Positions 46,992-56,731 of a stretch of 64,000 nucleotides of DNA are shown piece by piece. Position 1 is the stretch's first letter. Each line of letters opens with the position of its first letter. The notes below the pieces were generated by a model, which made no database searches, was not told where the DNA came from, and worked only from the letters and a program-made list of their open reading frames with translations. A program made the position numbers and the translations under genes. Source of the DNA: an uncultured virus (IMG/VR IMGVR_UViG_3300016467_000405) (Duplodnaviria; Heunggongvirae; Uroviricota; Caudoviricetes); the IMG/VR virus record IMGVR_UViG_3300016467_000405, one strand, 5' to 3'.

Positions 46992-47873
46992 ATGAAAACC
47001 AAAACCTTTAAGACCGAAACCTATACGCGCTTGATGGATATCGCCGCCGCTATCCAAACTAGTGATTCTGTAGCTATCCTAGGCCTGATTAATCAATTGA
47101 TTGATCAAAAAACCCGCGAGAATAAACCCGCGTGGATTCGCGAGATGGGCAAACTAAAAGCCATCATCCAGACAGACAAACCCGCCTATCCCATTTTTAA
47201 GCTTGATGGTAACGGAAAGCTCCCATTTGCTACCTTCTCATCATTACCCGGTGTGACTTGTCCCGGTGCCGGTGATTGTCTGGAATGGTGCTATAGCTTT
47301 AAAGCTTGGAGGTATCCCGCCGCGTTTGCTCGTATGGCACAAAATGCGTGGTTAATGCGGGTTCACCCGGATAAAGTCGAAAAGGCCTTTAAAGGCCTTC
47401 CCAATGGGATCACGCTCCGACTATATGTTGACGGTGACTTCGCGCATGTTGCTGATGTTAGGTTTTGGATGGAGCGCCTACGCGCACGGCCTGACGTTGC
47501 CGCATATGGCTACTCTAAATCATTCACCGAGTTGCTCGCATATGCGCGGCTTGGTTTGGGTTTCCCGTCACTTGGTTTGGGTTTCCCGTCAAACTACACT
47601 CTCAACCTATCAGGTGGCCACGCGCACACTATACCCACCGTGGAGCAAATGAAATTACTCCCAATCACCCGTGGATCATTTGACGCGGTATCGATAGGCC
47701 GGAAAGTCAAATCCACTGACCATGGCACGCGGGAAACCAATGCGGCGATACGTGCGGCCGTATCCGGGAACGTGTTCCCTTGTCCCGGCAAGTGTGGATC
47801 ATGCACGCCAAAGGGGCACGCATGCGGCTCGGAGCGCTTCCGTAATATCCCTATCGTGATAGCCGTACATTGA
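46992..47873 (+). CDS. Gp88-like Cys-rich (radical-SAM-like) protein
   Basis: FSSLPGVTCPGAGDCLEWCY, LRLYVDGDF, YGYSKS, CPGKCGSC...C, C-terminal H. Confidence 0.65.
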   Translation: MKTKTFKTETYTRLMDIAAAIQTSDSVAILGLINQLIDQKTRENKPAWIREMGKLKAIIQTDKPAYPIFKLDGNGKLPFATFSSLPGVTCPGAGDCLEWCYSFKAWRYPAAFARMAQNAWLMRVHPDKVEKAFKGLPNGITLRLYVDGDFAHVADVRFWMERLRARPDVAAYGYSKSFTELLAYARLGLGFPSLGLGFPSNYTLNLSGGHAHTIPTVEQMKLLPITRGSFDAVSIGRKVKSTDHGTRETNAAIRAAVSGNVFPCPGKCGSCTPKGHACGSERFRNIPIVIAVH

Positions 47874-47925
47874 ACCTTAATCAACCCACGGGCGGCCTAG
47901 GCCGCCCCCTATCGGAGCCAATACC

Positions 47926-48337
47926 ATGACAACAAAAGAAGAATATCTAGCGGCTGTCGCCGTACGTGCCACCATGGGCTTTTTGAATACATTCAACAAA
48001 GCGAACATCCGAGGCCATTTAGAAAAACAAGGCCTATCCGAGGCCGACAGCATTACGCTAACCCGCGTGATATACGAACAAGCCGCACCATTCTTTGATA
48101 ATCCCGAAGACGTACCCGAGGGGTATGAAGAAGGGGAGGACTATCGGACTATCGTTATCTATGACAGCGCAAGTAATTTATGGAAGTAAAACCATGCAAG
48201 TAATAATCGCCGTTCTAGCTTTCGTATCCTTCACCCTTACCATTATCGGGTTATCGGATTGTGAGCCGCTTATAGCGGGTGCCGGAATTGTCGGACTTGT
48301 GGCCACCTTCATGTCGGAGGATATCGCCGCCCTATAG
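47926..48337 (+). other. Two small early ORFs (47926-48189 hypothetical; ~48194-48337 membrane peptide)
   Basis: GGAG RBS before 47926; the second ORF is hydrophobic (MQVIIAVLAFVSF...). Confidence 0.5.
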
Positions 48338-48446
48338 GGCGGCACGGGGGCCTAGACTTCCGCTCTTCGAGCGGTTCCGGGCTTAGACTTCTGTTATCAA
48401 GCCGCTACCGGGCAAAATTTTAACCTTCCCAAAGGGAATTCCCCAT

Positions 48447-48602
48447 NNNNNNNNNNNNNNNNNNNNNNNNNNNNNNNNNNNNNNNNNNNNNNNNNNNNNN
48501 NNNNNNNNNNNNNNNNNNNNNNNNNNNNNNNNNNNNNNNNNNNNNNNNNNNNNNNNNNNNNNNNNNNNNNNNNNNNNNNNNNNNNNNNNNNNNNNNNNNN
48601 NN
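48447..48602. other. Assembly gap (N run)
   Basis: Run of n characters. Confidence 1.
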
Positions 48603-48727
48603 ACACGTTCGACATTCAACCCGGCGGCTTCAAGTACCTATACCCTATAGCCGCTCCCGAGCGGATCGAGCCGCGCCCGGTGGCGCATGGCATCATCGCA
48701 AGAAAAGTATTGTAAGGAGAGACACAA

Positions 48728-49177
48728 GTGAACATATTCATCCTAGATCAAGACCCCATACGCGCCGCCCAATTCCACGCGGACAAACACGTTAACAAGA
48801 TGATCCTAGAAAGCGCGCAGATGCTCTCGACGGTCCTAGGGGGTCGCTACAAGCCGACTCATGCCAATCACCCTTGCACCCTGTGGACAGGCCGCTCACG
48901 GGCAAATGCGTCATGGCTAATCGCGCTGACGTACGCATTGAATCAAGAGGCGCAAAAACGCTACGGACACGAACGGAACCACAAGTCGCTCGCCGTGATT
49001 GATGAACTGGTGAACTCACAGGCCATAAATGGCCTACCCGATGAAGGTCTGACCCCATTCGCTCAAGCCATGCCAGATGAATTCAGAAGGCCAAACGCGG
49101 TCGATGCCTACCGTGCCTATTATCGTTCCAAGCCGTTCGTATCATGGGACAAGGGTACCGCTCCCGACTGGTGGTGA
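48728..49177 (+). CDS. Pyrimidine-dimer DNA glycosylase (DenV-related) family protein
   Basis: MNIFILD.DP..AA..H.DKHV.KMILESAQML...H.NHPC..W...QAMP...AYR.YY; AAGGAG RBS. Confidence 0.8.
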   Translation: MNIFILDQDPIRAAQFHADKHVNKMILESAQMLSTVLGGRYKPTHANHPCTLWTGRSRANASWLIALTYALNQEAQKRYGHERNHKSLAVIDELVNSQAINGLPDEGLTPFAQAMPDEFRRPNAVDAYRAYYRSKPFVSWDKGTAPDWW

Positions 49178-49197
49178 AAAATATTTTTCAAAACCTG

Positions 49198-49226
49198 TTG
49201 ACAGGATATTTTATTTAGTTCAGACT
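49198..49226 (+). promoter_or_regulatory. Putative sigma70 promoter
   Basis: TTGACA-N17-CAGACT; the -35 lies inside the inverted repeat CCTGT-TG-ACAGG; AT-rich upstream. Confidence 0.5.
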
Positions 49227-49271
49227 TACATTCACAGGGATCGCCGATCCCTAGCAAAACGGAGAATTAAC

Positions 49272-50150
49272 ATGCAAGTATTATCAAACAACGAACTGTT
49301 CCGCGCCGCTCCTTCAATCTTCGCGAGCCAAGCGCACCACTCAACCTCTGAGCGTTACGAGTTCCTGCCGACCATTGATGTGGTCGATGCGCTACGCGCT
49401 GAAGGGTTCCAACCTGTACAGGCATTCCAAGCCAAAACCCGAATGGTTGACCGCCGCCCATTCGTTAAACACACGATTCGCTTTCGCCATGAGTCACACA
49501 ACTTCAAAGAAGAACGCGGCTCCGAGTTTCATCTGCTCTTGCAGAATAGCCATGTCGGCTCCTCATCATTCCAGATTCAGGCCGGGGTATACCGCATGGT
49601 CTGCTCTAACGGTATGATCATTGCCGACAGCGTGTTAGACACGCACCGGGTACGCCACTCTGGGCGTAAGGCTACGCTCGACAACTGTATTGAAGGGGTA
49701 TATCGCATCGTGGATGGTGTCGAGACGGTGGAAGATCAGATCGCTGACTGGCAGACTCGTGTCCTGCCGGAGCCTGTTCAGATGGTGTTCGCTAAAGCCG
49801 CCGCTCAACTGCGTTGGGGCGATGATGCACCGATCAAGCCGCGCCAGTTACTCTCTCACCGCCGTTGGGCGGATCGTGGGGATGACCAATGGACCGTGTT
49901 CAATCGTGTGCAGGAGAACCTCCTGCGTGGCGGACAGCATGGCGTAGGTGCGACAGGCCGCAACATGACCACTCGCGAGGTCAAGTCTATCGACGAGAAC
50001 AACCGCCTGAACAAGGCACTCTGGACCCTGAGTACTGAACTTGAAGCCCTGTTGAAAGCGGCCGAGTTTTTCCAAGTCTCCATCTCATCTCTCCTTCAAC
50101 GTAATTATCCCGCGCCATGGACGGCGCACCTTTTAGGAGAGATGAGATGA
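49272..50150 (+). CDS. DUF932 (DUF945) family protein
   Basis: APSIFA...SERY.F.PT...L..EGF.P, KH.IRFR, NSH.GSSS...G.YR.VCSNG, W.VFNRVQEN, LN.ALW. Confidence 0.9.
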   Translation: MQVLSNNELFRAAPSIFASQAHHSTSERYEFLPTIDVVDALRAEGFQPVQAFQAKTRMVDRRPFVKHTIRFRHESHNFKEERGSEFHLLLQNSHVGSSSFQIQAGVYRMVCSNGMIIADSVLDTHRVRHSGRKATLDNCIEGVYRIVDGVETVEDQIADWQTRVLPEPVQMVFAKAAAQLRWGDDAPIKPRQLLSHRRWADRGDDQWTVFNRVQENLLRGGQHGVGATGRNMTTREVKSIDENNRLNKALWTLSTELEALLKAAEFFQVSISSLLQRNYPAPWTAHLLGEMR

Positions 50151-51875
50151 AAGTATGTCCTGAATGTGGAAGCGCAGAGTTTATAACGACAGGCGTCGAA
50201 CGCCACGATTGGATAGTCGATGGTGACGGTCAGTTTATTGATGACCTTGGATGCTTTGATGCAAAACGAGGTGAAAGCGGAATGCAATGCCGTAAATGCG
50301 AAGCCGAGTTTACCGGGCCACATGAGTTGAAGGAGAGATGAGATGGAGACTTGGAAAAACTTGAATGTGTTAGTACGCGAAGCACCTAGCTATGTATCGC
50401 CTGAAGAACACAGAAGATTAGAGCGCGTAGCAGTAGGACGTATCTGTCGTTGTGGTGATTGTATTTGTTGTCAAGAATATAAGAATCACAACTACCAAGA
50501 GTATAAAAATCACAAGCATAAATGGGAATGGGTTGTAGATGAACTGGCTAACAATGAAAACGCCTGACCTCAAGCATATCGCCTACAAAAACAGGCGCTA
50601 TCGGGTAGCGGATGATGGCACGGTGTACATCTGGCGCACGTTGGACAACTCATATGAGATGGCATGGCGCAAAGTGACTGACCCGCAACTGATCGAAACC
50701 ATTAAACAATTGGTGAAACGATGAATAGAGATAAGATCATGGAACTGGCAACGGCAGAAGCCGGGCCGCATTGGGGTACAGAAAGCCACATGGTGCGCTT
50801 CGCTTGGCGAATTAGAGAGGAAACTTTAGAAGAAGCCGCCAAAGTTGCTGAGAAATTTCATGCCTGCGCCGCTGATTGCGCTCAAGCCATTAGGGATATT
50901 GGGGACAACGATGATTGAACTAGTCGCATTTACATTGGGGTTTGCCGTAGGATACACGGCTTGGGTTTTGGTTTGGGATTAATGACGGTGAGGGCATAGC
51001 CCTCTGGGGGTAGGCCATGAGTGCCCCGCTTGCGAATAACCGTGGCAGTTTGGTATCGGTCTAGTCTGCATTATGGCAAAGAGGTTTACTCATTTTCCTC
51101 CGAGTCTCCGGTGCATCCTCTCCGCCGAGGATCAAACCCTTTCAGGTGGGTGGTCAAACCTGACTAATTCTTAAAGCGCAGGCTGTGCCTGTGGTAGCTA
51201 CTCTGAGGTGTATCGTGTCCGTTGTGTTTGACTTGCTGATTGTCATTGGGTTTGTGTTAATATTCTCAAGCGCACCCATGGTGGGTGTTGGATGTTTACT
51301 TGTAGCATGCATCGTGTGGCTGTGGCTTTGCCCGGATGCCTATGATCACAACTGGGAGGATGAATGATGGCTAACTACATTAAGCAATTGCAAGATGACA
51401 AGGTCCGCCTGTCGGCGGCAACCAATGCGGCACTCACAGGTCTCGCGGATATGTTGGCCTACCTTCACTCAGATAAGTTCCATGAAGACACTACGGTGCA
51501 GGTACAGGACATGATTAACAGGATCAGGTCCACGCAGGAGGCGATCTATGATGAGGGGTTCAAATGAAGACCTATGAAATTAAGTTCGGTCCTGAGCGGC
51601 ATATGACCTACACCTGTAAGGCACCATCTGAAGAAAGCGCGAGAGAAAAGTTCTATGCCATGGTGGATGGGCTAATCGATGAATGCGAGGACGGAGAGGA
51701 AGAATACGGATGGATGACCGAATGTCTAGTCACAACACGAGTGAAATGAATGAAGTCCCGTGCCCCACATGTGGGGAACTCTGCCCGATAGAGAGACTGG
51801 ATCAACACGTAGAAATCATCGACTGCTGTAACCGCAAGTTCGTAGTGCGAGTGGATGGCAAATTAGCGAAGAGGT
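50147..51875 (+). other. Cluster of small early hypothetical ORFs (50147-50341 Zn ribbon, 50343-50567, 50721-50918, 51364-51567, 51564-51749 and others)
   Basis: Tightly packed ORFs with GGAG/GAGG RBSs and ATGA overlaps; CxxC pairs in several. Confidence 0.6.
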
Positions 51876-51881
51876 TTGAGA

Positions 51882-52865
51882 ATGACCACACAAATTAAAC
51901 TCCCTGATGACGCGGTCATCGTTCACCCGGTGGACTTGGCAAATTGCCTTGGCAATTACTTGTTGATCACGGGCGAGGATGGCAAGCCGGAGCCGGGCAC
52001 CGATCTCCCTGAAGATATCTACCTGCGGTACGAACCGACTAAGGAACTGCTGTACGTAGACACCAAGCTATTCGCTTGGCTTGAACTGGAAGAGACCATG
52101 AAAGTCTGGAGAAAGTCACAGCAATACTGCGGACCCATGGTCAAGCGCATGGCATCAGGTACGGGGCGTATCCTTCAGCCGACTCATGTGGTGGTGTTCG
52201 ATCTTTCAGAGAAACCCGAGGAGCGCACCGCTCCCATCAAGCCACGCCGGGGCAAGCCGCTTCAGATTGAGCGTGTCAGGGCACGGGAAGCCGTAGCCAA
52301 GAAGGCACAGGAGAATGCGTTCTCTCTGCACCGTAGGATGAATGAGCTTCGGGTTGAGTATGGTAAGCACCCCTTGCTGAAGGAGGTGGAAGACATCCTG
52401 CGTGAGGCACGCAAGACTCTGGAAGAAGCCACTCGCCTGACCACCAAGGGAATGAAACGCGGCCCGGCCAAGGGTAAGAAGAAGCGGAAGCATGTTCCAC
52501 AGGAAGAACGTATCAAGCTCGACACGATTGATATCTTTGTGAAGGAGAACATCCATGCCATTCACCGCATCCTCAAGCGGTTCGTTATGACCGGGGGTAA
52601 GCAGAAGTGGGAGGACAAGAACTTTAAGCCGCGCCTTCCCGAGGCGGACTGGGTTGGGCGCTACGAAGAAGCTTCCAATGAAGAGAATGGATACACCACC
52701 AAGACTCTTTATATCCCGGTGTCGGTGCTGAAGGCCATGCCTGAACTGGGTGAGTACACGATGGACTATCGGTTCGTCCACAAAAGGTATCGCCGGGTCG
52801 GTGACCATACTGCGTATTGCGCGGTGTTTGACTTCGGTAGAAAGTTCATTGGTGTTGACAGTTAA
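51882..52865 (+). CDS. Hypothetical protein with two segments resembling the C-terminal domain of the phage's own helicase
   Basis: LRYEPTKELLYV...KRMASGT...VVFDL and GRYEE...TLYI...CAVFDF. Confidence 0.6.
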   Translation: MTTQIKLPDDAVIVHPVDLANCLGNYLLITGEDGKPEPGTDLPEDIYLRYEPTKELLYVDTKLFAWLELEETMKVWRKSQQYCGPMVKRMASGTGRILQPTHVVVFDLSEKPEERTAPIKPRRGKPLQIERVRAREAVAKKAQENAFSLHRRMNELRVEYGKHPLLKEVEDILREARKTLEEATRLTTKGMKRGPAKGKKKRKHVPQEERIKLDTIDIFVKENIHAIHRILKRFVMTGGKQKWEDKNFKPRLPEADWVGRYEEASNEENGYTTKTLYIPVSVLKAMPELGEYTMDYRFVHKRYRRVGDHTAYCAVFDFGRKFIGVDS

Positions 52866-53012
52866 TGTGATGTGTATAAGATAGAGACTATCGCTGTGAC
52901 AGGCGAATGCAGATGAAAGAGTTCTAGTGTAATGGTCCTGTGTTTTGAGGTTGGGTACTCTGCACCCTCTGTCACCCTTAAAATGCGGGGCCTCCCTACC
53001 CTAGGTGAAAAT

Positions 53013-53558
53013 ATGAGAATCAAACCGATTGATGTTGAGCTGATGCGATCTCTGTTGGAGTACGCACCAGAGCTTGGAGGTTCTTGCTTAAAGTGGCGAG
53101 TGGATGTGATAGGCGGGAACGGCGGTGTTTGTGTCAAGGCTGGCACTAAGGCCGGATTCTTGGAAGGCGGTGGTTATTGGGGTGTTAGGGTGCAAGGGGA
53201 AGCATATAAAGCGCATCGATTGGTGTGGGCATTGGTTAAAGGGCGCGATCCAATTGTTGCCATAGACCACACGAATGGAGACTGTAAAGACAATCGCATA
53301 GAAAATTTGCGGATGACTCCAGAAGGGCAGAAGCAAAACATGCAAAACGCACGCAACCAAATTAACAATACTTCTGGGTGTAGAGGTGTGGATTGGAATA
53401 AACGGACGCAAAAATGGCGCGCAAGGATAAGATCTGGAGGTGTCAGCTATTTTGTTGGTTATTTTGATACTCTCGAAGAAGCCAACGCGGCGTATCTTGA
53501 AGCTAAAGCAGCGCTTCATACGTTCCAACCTGTTCCGAGAAAAACTAATGGTGGATAA
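53013..53558 (+). CDS. HNH endonuclease with AP2 domain
   Basis: YKAHRLVW, IDHTNG...DNRIENLR, NTSGCRGV.W...KWRA.I...GYF...EA..AY. TTGACA at 52855 upstream. Confidence 0.9.
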   Translation: MRIKPIDVELMRSLLEYAPELGGSCLKWRVDVIGGNGGVCVKAGTKAGFLEGGGYWGVRVQGEAYKAHRLVWALVKGRDPIVAIDHTNGDCKDNRIENLRMTPEGQKQNMQNARNQINNTSGCRGVDWNKRTQKWRARIRSGGVSYFVGYFDTLEEANAAYLEAKAALHTFQPVPRKTNGG

Positions 53559-54780
53559 ACGATGGGCTTTTATTTTATCTGGTGGCGTAGAGATAACGCA
53601 TCTATACAACGAAGACGGGACCATGATAGGTATGTTGCTTGAAACAGATTTTGAGGTAGCAGAATGTTATAGCCCGCAGGAGGTGACTAGCACAATTGAC
53701 CGCTGGATTGGAATGACGCACTTCAGCGCGAACATTCATTAAAACAATTGGAGATGAACGATGTTGAATTTAACTGAAGCCTTCGGCTCATGGATTTTGG
53801 ACACCCGCAGGGGGTTGCTGTTCGGCCTGAGCGTGGGCCTCCTGTCCGCATGGATCGTGTGGAAGATGATGTTCGGCACGGTCACTTTCCTTTCTAGCCG
53901 GGACTTTGAATGTGCCATGGCTGTTCCTGATGGGCTGGGCACCAAGTGTATTGAGTACCATGCGAAGAGGGTGAAATGAACAGCTACGAGCGGCGTAAGA
54001 AAGAGTCACCTGCCTACTGGGTGGACATCTACGGAGTTCTCAAGGAAGTGAACTGGGCCAAGAAGCCTGATGTTAGACACCGTCCACTCACATGGGCGGA
54101 CACCCCGATCAACAAGGAACGCTTGAAGGAACTGTGGATACAGGCAGAAGGTAAGCCCCTGCCGTTTGCCCGGCTCGTTGAGCGGGAACATTCAATTAAA
54201 GAATGGGAGATTGAAGATGAGTGAATACAGTCAGGTAATCCCGGCGCAATCGGGAAGCTATGTGTTACAAACGCTAGACCTACGGGAATCGCATGGATGT
54301 ATCGAAATAGTTAAGATCCCTATTGTGGCGTGGGTGGTGACGTATAGTCGCAGTGAGACCGACGACATCCAGTATCCGTTTGCAACGCCTGTGACTTTTG
54401 AAGGTGTAACGTATGCCAAAGACCCGCTGAAGGGGCTTATCATCATGGATGCAGATGGCGCCGTGCATGATCCTTTTATGGGTTGGTGGCCTACGTTGGA
54501 AGAGTATGAGCAATATGTGAGAGAAGCCGATGAACACAAAAGAATGCAAGCAGAAGATCTTTGAGGTCTTGGATGACACTTTGGAAGGTCTGTACTACAA
54601 ATTGACCATGGAGACGGAGCTCAGCACGGACGAAATCAAGGAATTGATTGACGAAGTTTTAGGCGAGCTTGGTTATGGAAACAGCTAAGTGCAAGAAGTG
54701 TTATGACCACCATCCCGTCGATAACTATCGGGGGATGAAGTTCTATGTGTGCCCCGTGTTGAACCGGGTCATCCTTTTAA
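53548..54780 (+). other. Cluster of small hypothetical ORFs (53761-53979 membrane protein, 53976-54224, 54217-54564 and others)
   Basis: Coupled ORFs with RBSs; no recognisable family. Confidence 0.5.
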
Positions 54781-55263
54781 ATGATGGAGAACAAAACAAT
54801 GAAAAGAAACCTGACCAATACGGGGAAGATCCTGCAAACGCTTGATCGTTCCTTCGGGCTGACCCGCGCTGAACTTGCTAACCGACTCGGTGAGTCGAGA
54901 GATACCATCAGGAAGACCCTGCATGTCATGCTCAAGGATGGGCGCATTGCGCGTGTGATCGGTGACGATGGAGTAGAGATCTACAACATCACGGATGTGG
55001 GGAAAGCCGCGCTCACTAAAGAACTGGCCCGCGCCAGCCTGTCTGAACCTGCACCGAAGGTGTGGAAGGAAGATACTTCTATTATCAAACCTATTATCAG
55101 TGCCCCCCAAAAAAGCCATGACGCGTGGGCTACGTTGGTAGAAGAAGCTGAACAGCGTGGGTTCGCCAAGGGCTACGCCGAAGGCATCAAAACCTCACAG
55201 GCGCAGGCATATCAAGATGCCAAGTTGGACATTGTTAAAAAGCTCGTAGGGGTAGTGACATGA
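54781..55263 (+). CDS. Winged-helix DNA-binding protein
   Basis: KILQTL....GLTRAELANRLG.....IRKTL..M...G.I......Y.ITD.G. Confidence 0.7.
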   Translation: MMENKTMKRNLTNTGKILQTLDRSFGLTRAELANRLGESRDTIRKTLHVMLKDGRIARVIGDDGVEIYNITDVGKAALTKELARASLSEPAPKVWKEDTSIIKPIISAPQKSHDAWATLVEEAEQRGFAKGYAEGIKTSQAQAYQDAKLDIVKKLVGVVT

Positions 55264-55731
55264 TGGGGTTAATCCTTGCCGGAACTATGGTCCTCACACC
55301 TACGGGGCGTGAGTATATTCAACCCATGGGCGGAGACAGCTACAACATTTGGTCCAGTAACGGCATCACTCAGGTACGTGACTTCGGTGGATGGACTCAG
55401 ATTAAAACGCCTGATGGTAGCACCACAACGATCTGGCCTGACAATGCGCGTGAGGTTCCTGTACTGCCTGTAGTTCCAGTTGGGACGGAGGATGGTGATG
55501 GACAAGAATAAGTTCAAAGGCCGCCCGTTCAGCGATGAGGATGTGAAGACTATCGTGGAGGAGATTACGTTTCTTCTGGATGGTGGTTATCGCAGGAATG
55601 ATAAGGAGCAGATTGAACGTGGGCTGGAGGTAGCTCTGGAATCGGTGGCTCCCGAGTGTTGGAAGCGTTGGGCGCTGACCCCGCAGAAGTTTGTGATTCA
55701 GGAGATTTATGCGATGGGAGGTGCGGCATGA
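55260..55731 (+). other. Two small hypothetical ORFs (55260-55511, ~55498-55731)
   Basis: Coupled ORFs directly upstream of thyX. Confidence 0.5.
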
Positions 55732-56351
55732 GTGTTGAGTTAATCGCAATCACTCCCGAAGCAGAAAAGCTCATCGCCTACTGTGCAAGGGTATCGAGTC
55801 CGAATCAGGAGAATCCTGAGTATGCCAAGCTGTTGGCCTACTGCATCAAGCATAAGCATTGGTCTATCTTCGAGCAAGCCTCGATGACCGTGGAGATTGA
55901 AACAAGCCGGATGATCTCGGCACAGATACTCAGGCATAGATCGTTCCAGTTTCAGGAGTTCAGCCAGAGATATGCCAAGGCTCAGGACTATGTACCGTAC
56001 GAAGCTCGTCGGCAAGACGAGAAGAACAGACAGAATTCGATTGATGATCTGAGTGATGAGATTAAAGCCGAGTGGCTGGTTCGCCAGAAAGAAGTCTTCG
56101 CTATGTGTATGGGGGATTATAAGTGGGCCTTGGATCACGGCATCGCCAAAGAGTGTGCAAGAGCTGTACTTCCTATGCAGACTGCGACTAGACTGTACAT
56201 GACGGGATCGATTCGGTCTTGGATTCATTATCTGGAGTTACGTACTGGGCCTGATACTCAGCTTGAGCATCGCGAAATCGCGAACGAGATCAAGGCCATT
56301 TTTGTTAGAGAGCTACCTGTGGTAGCTGAAGCGCTCGGATGGACCGAGTAG
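55728..56351 (+). CDS. thyX: Flavin-dependent thymidylate synthase
   Basis: [30 protein letters not shown] (RHR-x7-S-x-R), [15 protein letters not shown]. Confidence 0.95.
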   Translation: MSVELIAITPEAEKLIAYCARVSSPNQENPEYAKLLAYCIKHKHWSIFEQASMTVEIETSRMISAQILRHRSFQFQEFSQRYAKAQDYVPYEARRQDEKNRQNSIDDLSDEIKAEWLVRQKEVFAMCMGDYKWALDHGIAKECARAVLPMQTATRLYMTGSIRSWIHYLELRTGPDTQLEHREIANEIKAIFVRELPVVAEALGWTE

Positions 56352-56500
56352 AAGAGTTACGCCGCCTCACCATTTTAATCAATGGCTGTATGGGAGTACT
56401 TTGAGGCGGCACCTTGTTATGGGATCACTGACCATTTTTTAAAAACGCCAAAGTAAGAAGGGGCGCAGGTTGGTGTTCCCACCCTATTGGAGAATGAACT

Positions 56501-56731
56501 ATGAGTAAGAACACTGGAGGCCCGGCGTTTCCGGGATTACACCCGTCAAAGGAATGCACTTATAAAGATTCTGGCATGACCCTCCGCGACTACTTCGCGG
56601 CCAAGGCGATGCAGGGGATTATTACAGCGGGAAAATATGGTGGTGTTATTGGCGTAAACGGGTATGAGTTTTCATTGGCAAAGATGGCATACATAACGGC
56701 CGATGCCATGCTTGCGGAGAGGGAGAAATGA
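56501..56731 (+). CDS. Conserved phage hypothetical protein
   Basis: GGPAFP...GMTLRDYFAAKAMQG...AY..ADAML.ER. Confidence 0.8.
   Translation: MSKNTGGPAFPGLHPSKECTYKDSGMTLRDYFAAKAMQGIITAGKYGGVIGVNGYEFSLAKMAYITADAMLAEREK

Noticed and set aside
46627..47057. Minus-strand ORFs in the divergence region
   Set aside because: They overlap promoter and repeat elements and show no protein-like features.
48383..48619. ORFs spanning the N run
   Set aside because: Artefacts of the assembly gap.
50980..51180. tRNA gene
   Set aside because: No T-loop GTTCRA, D-loop or acceptor/CCA pattern. No tRNA was recognised anywhere in the window.
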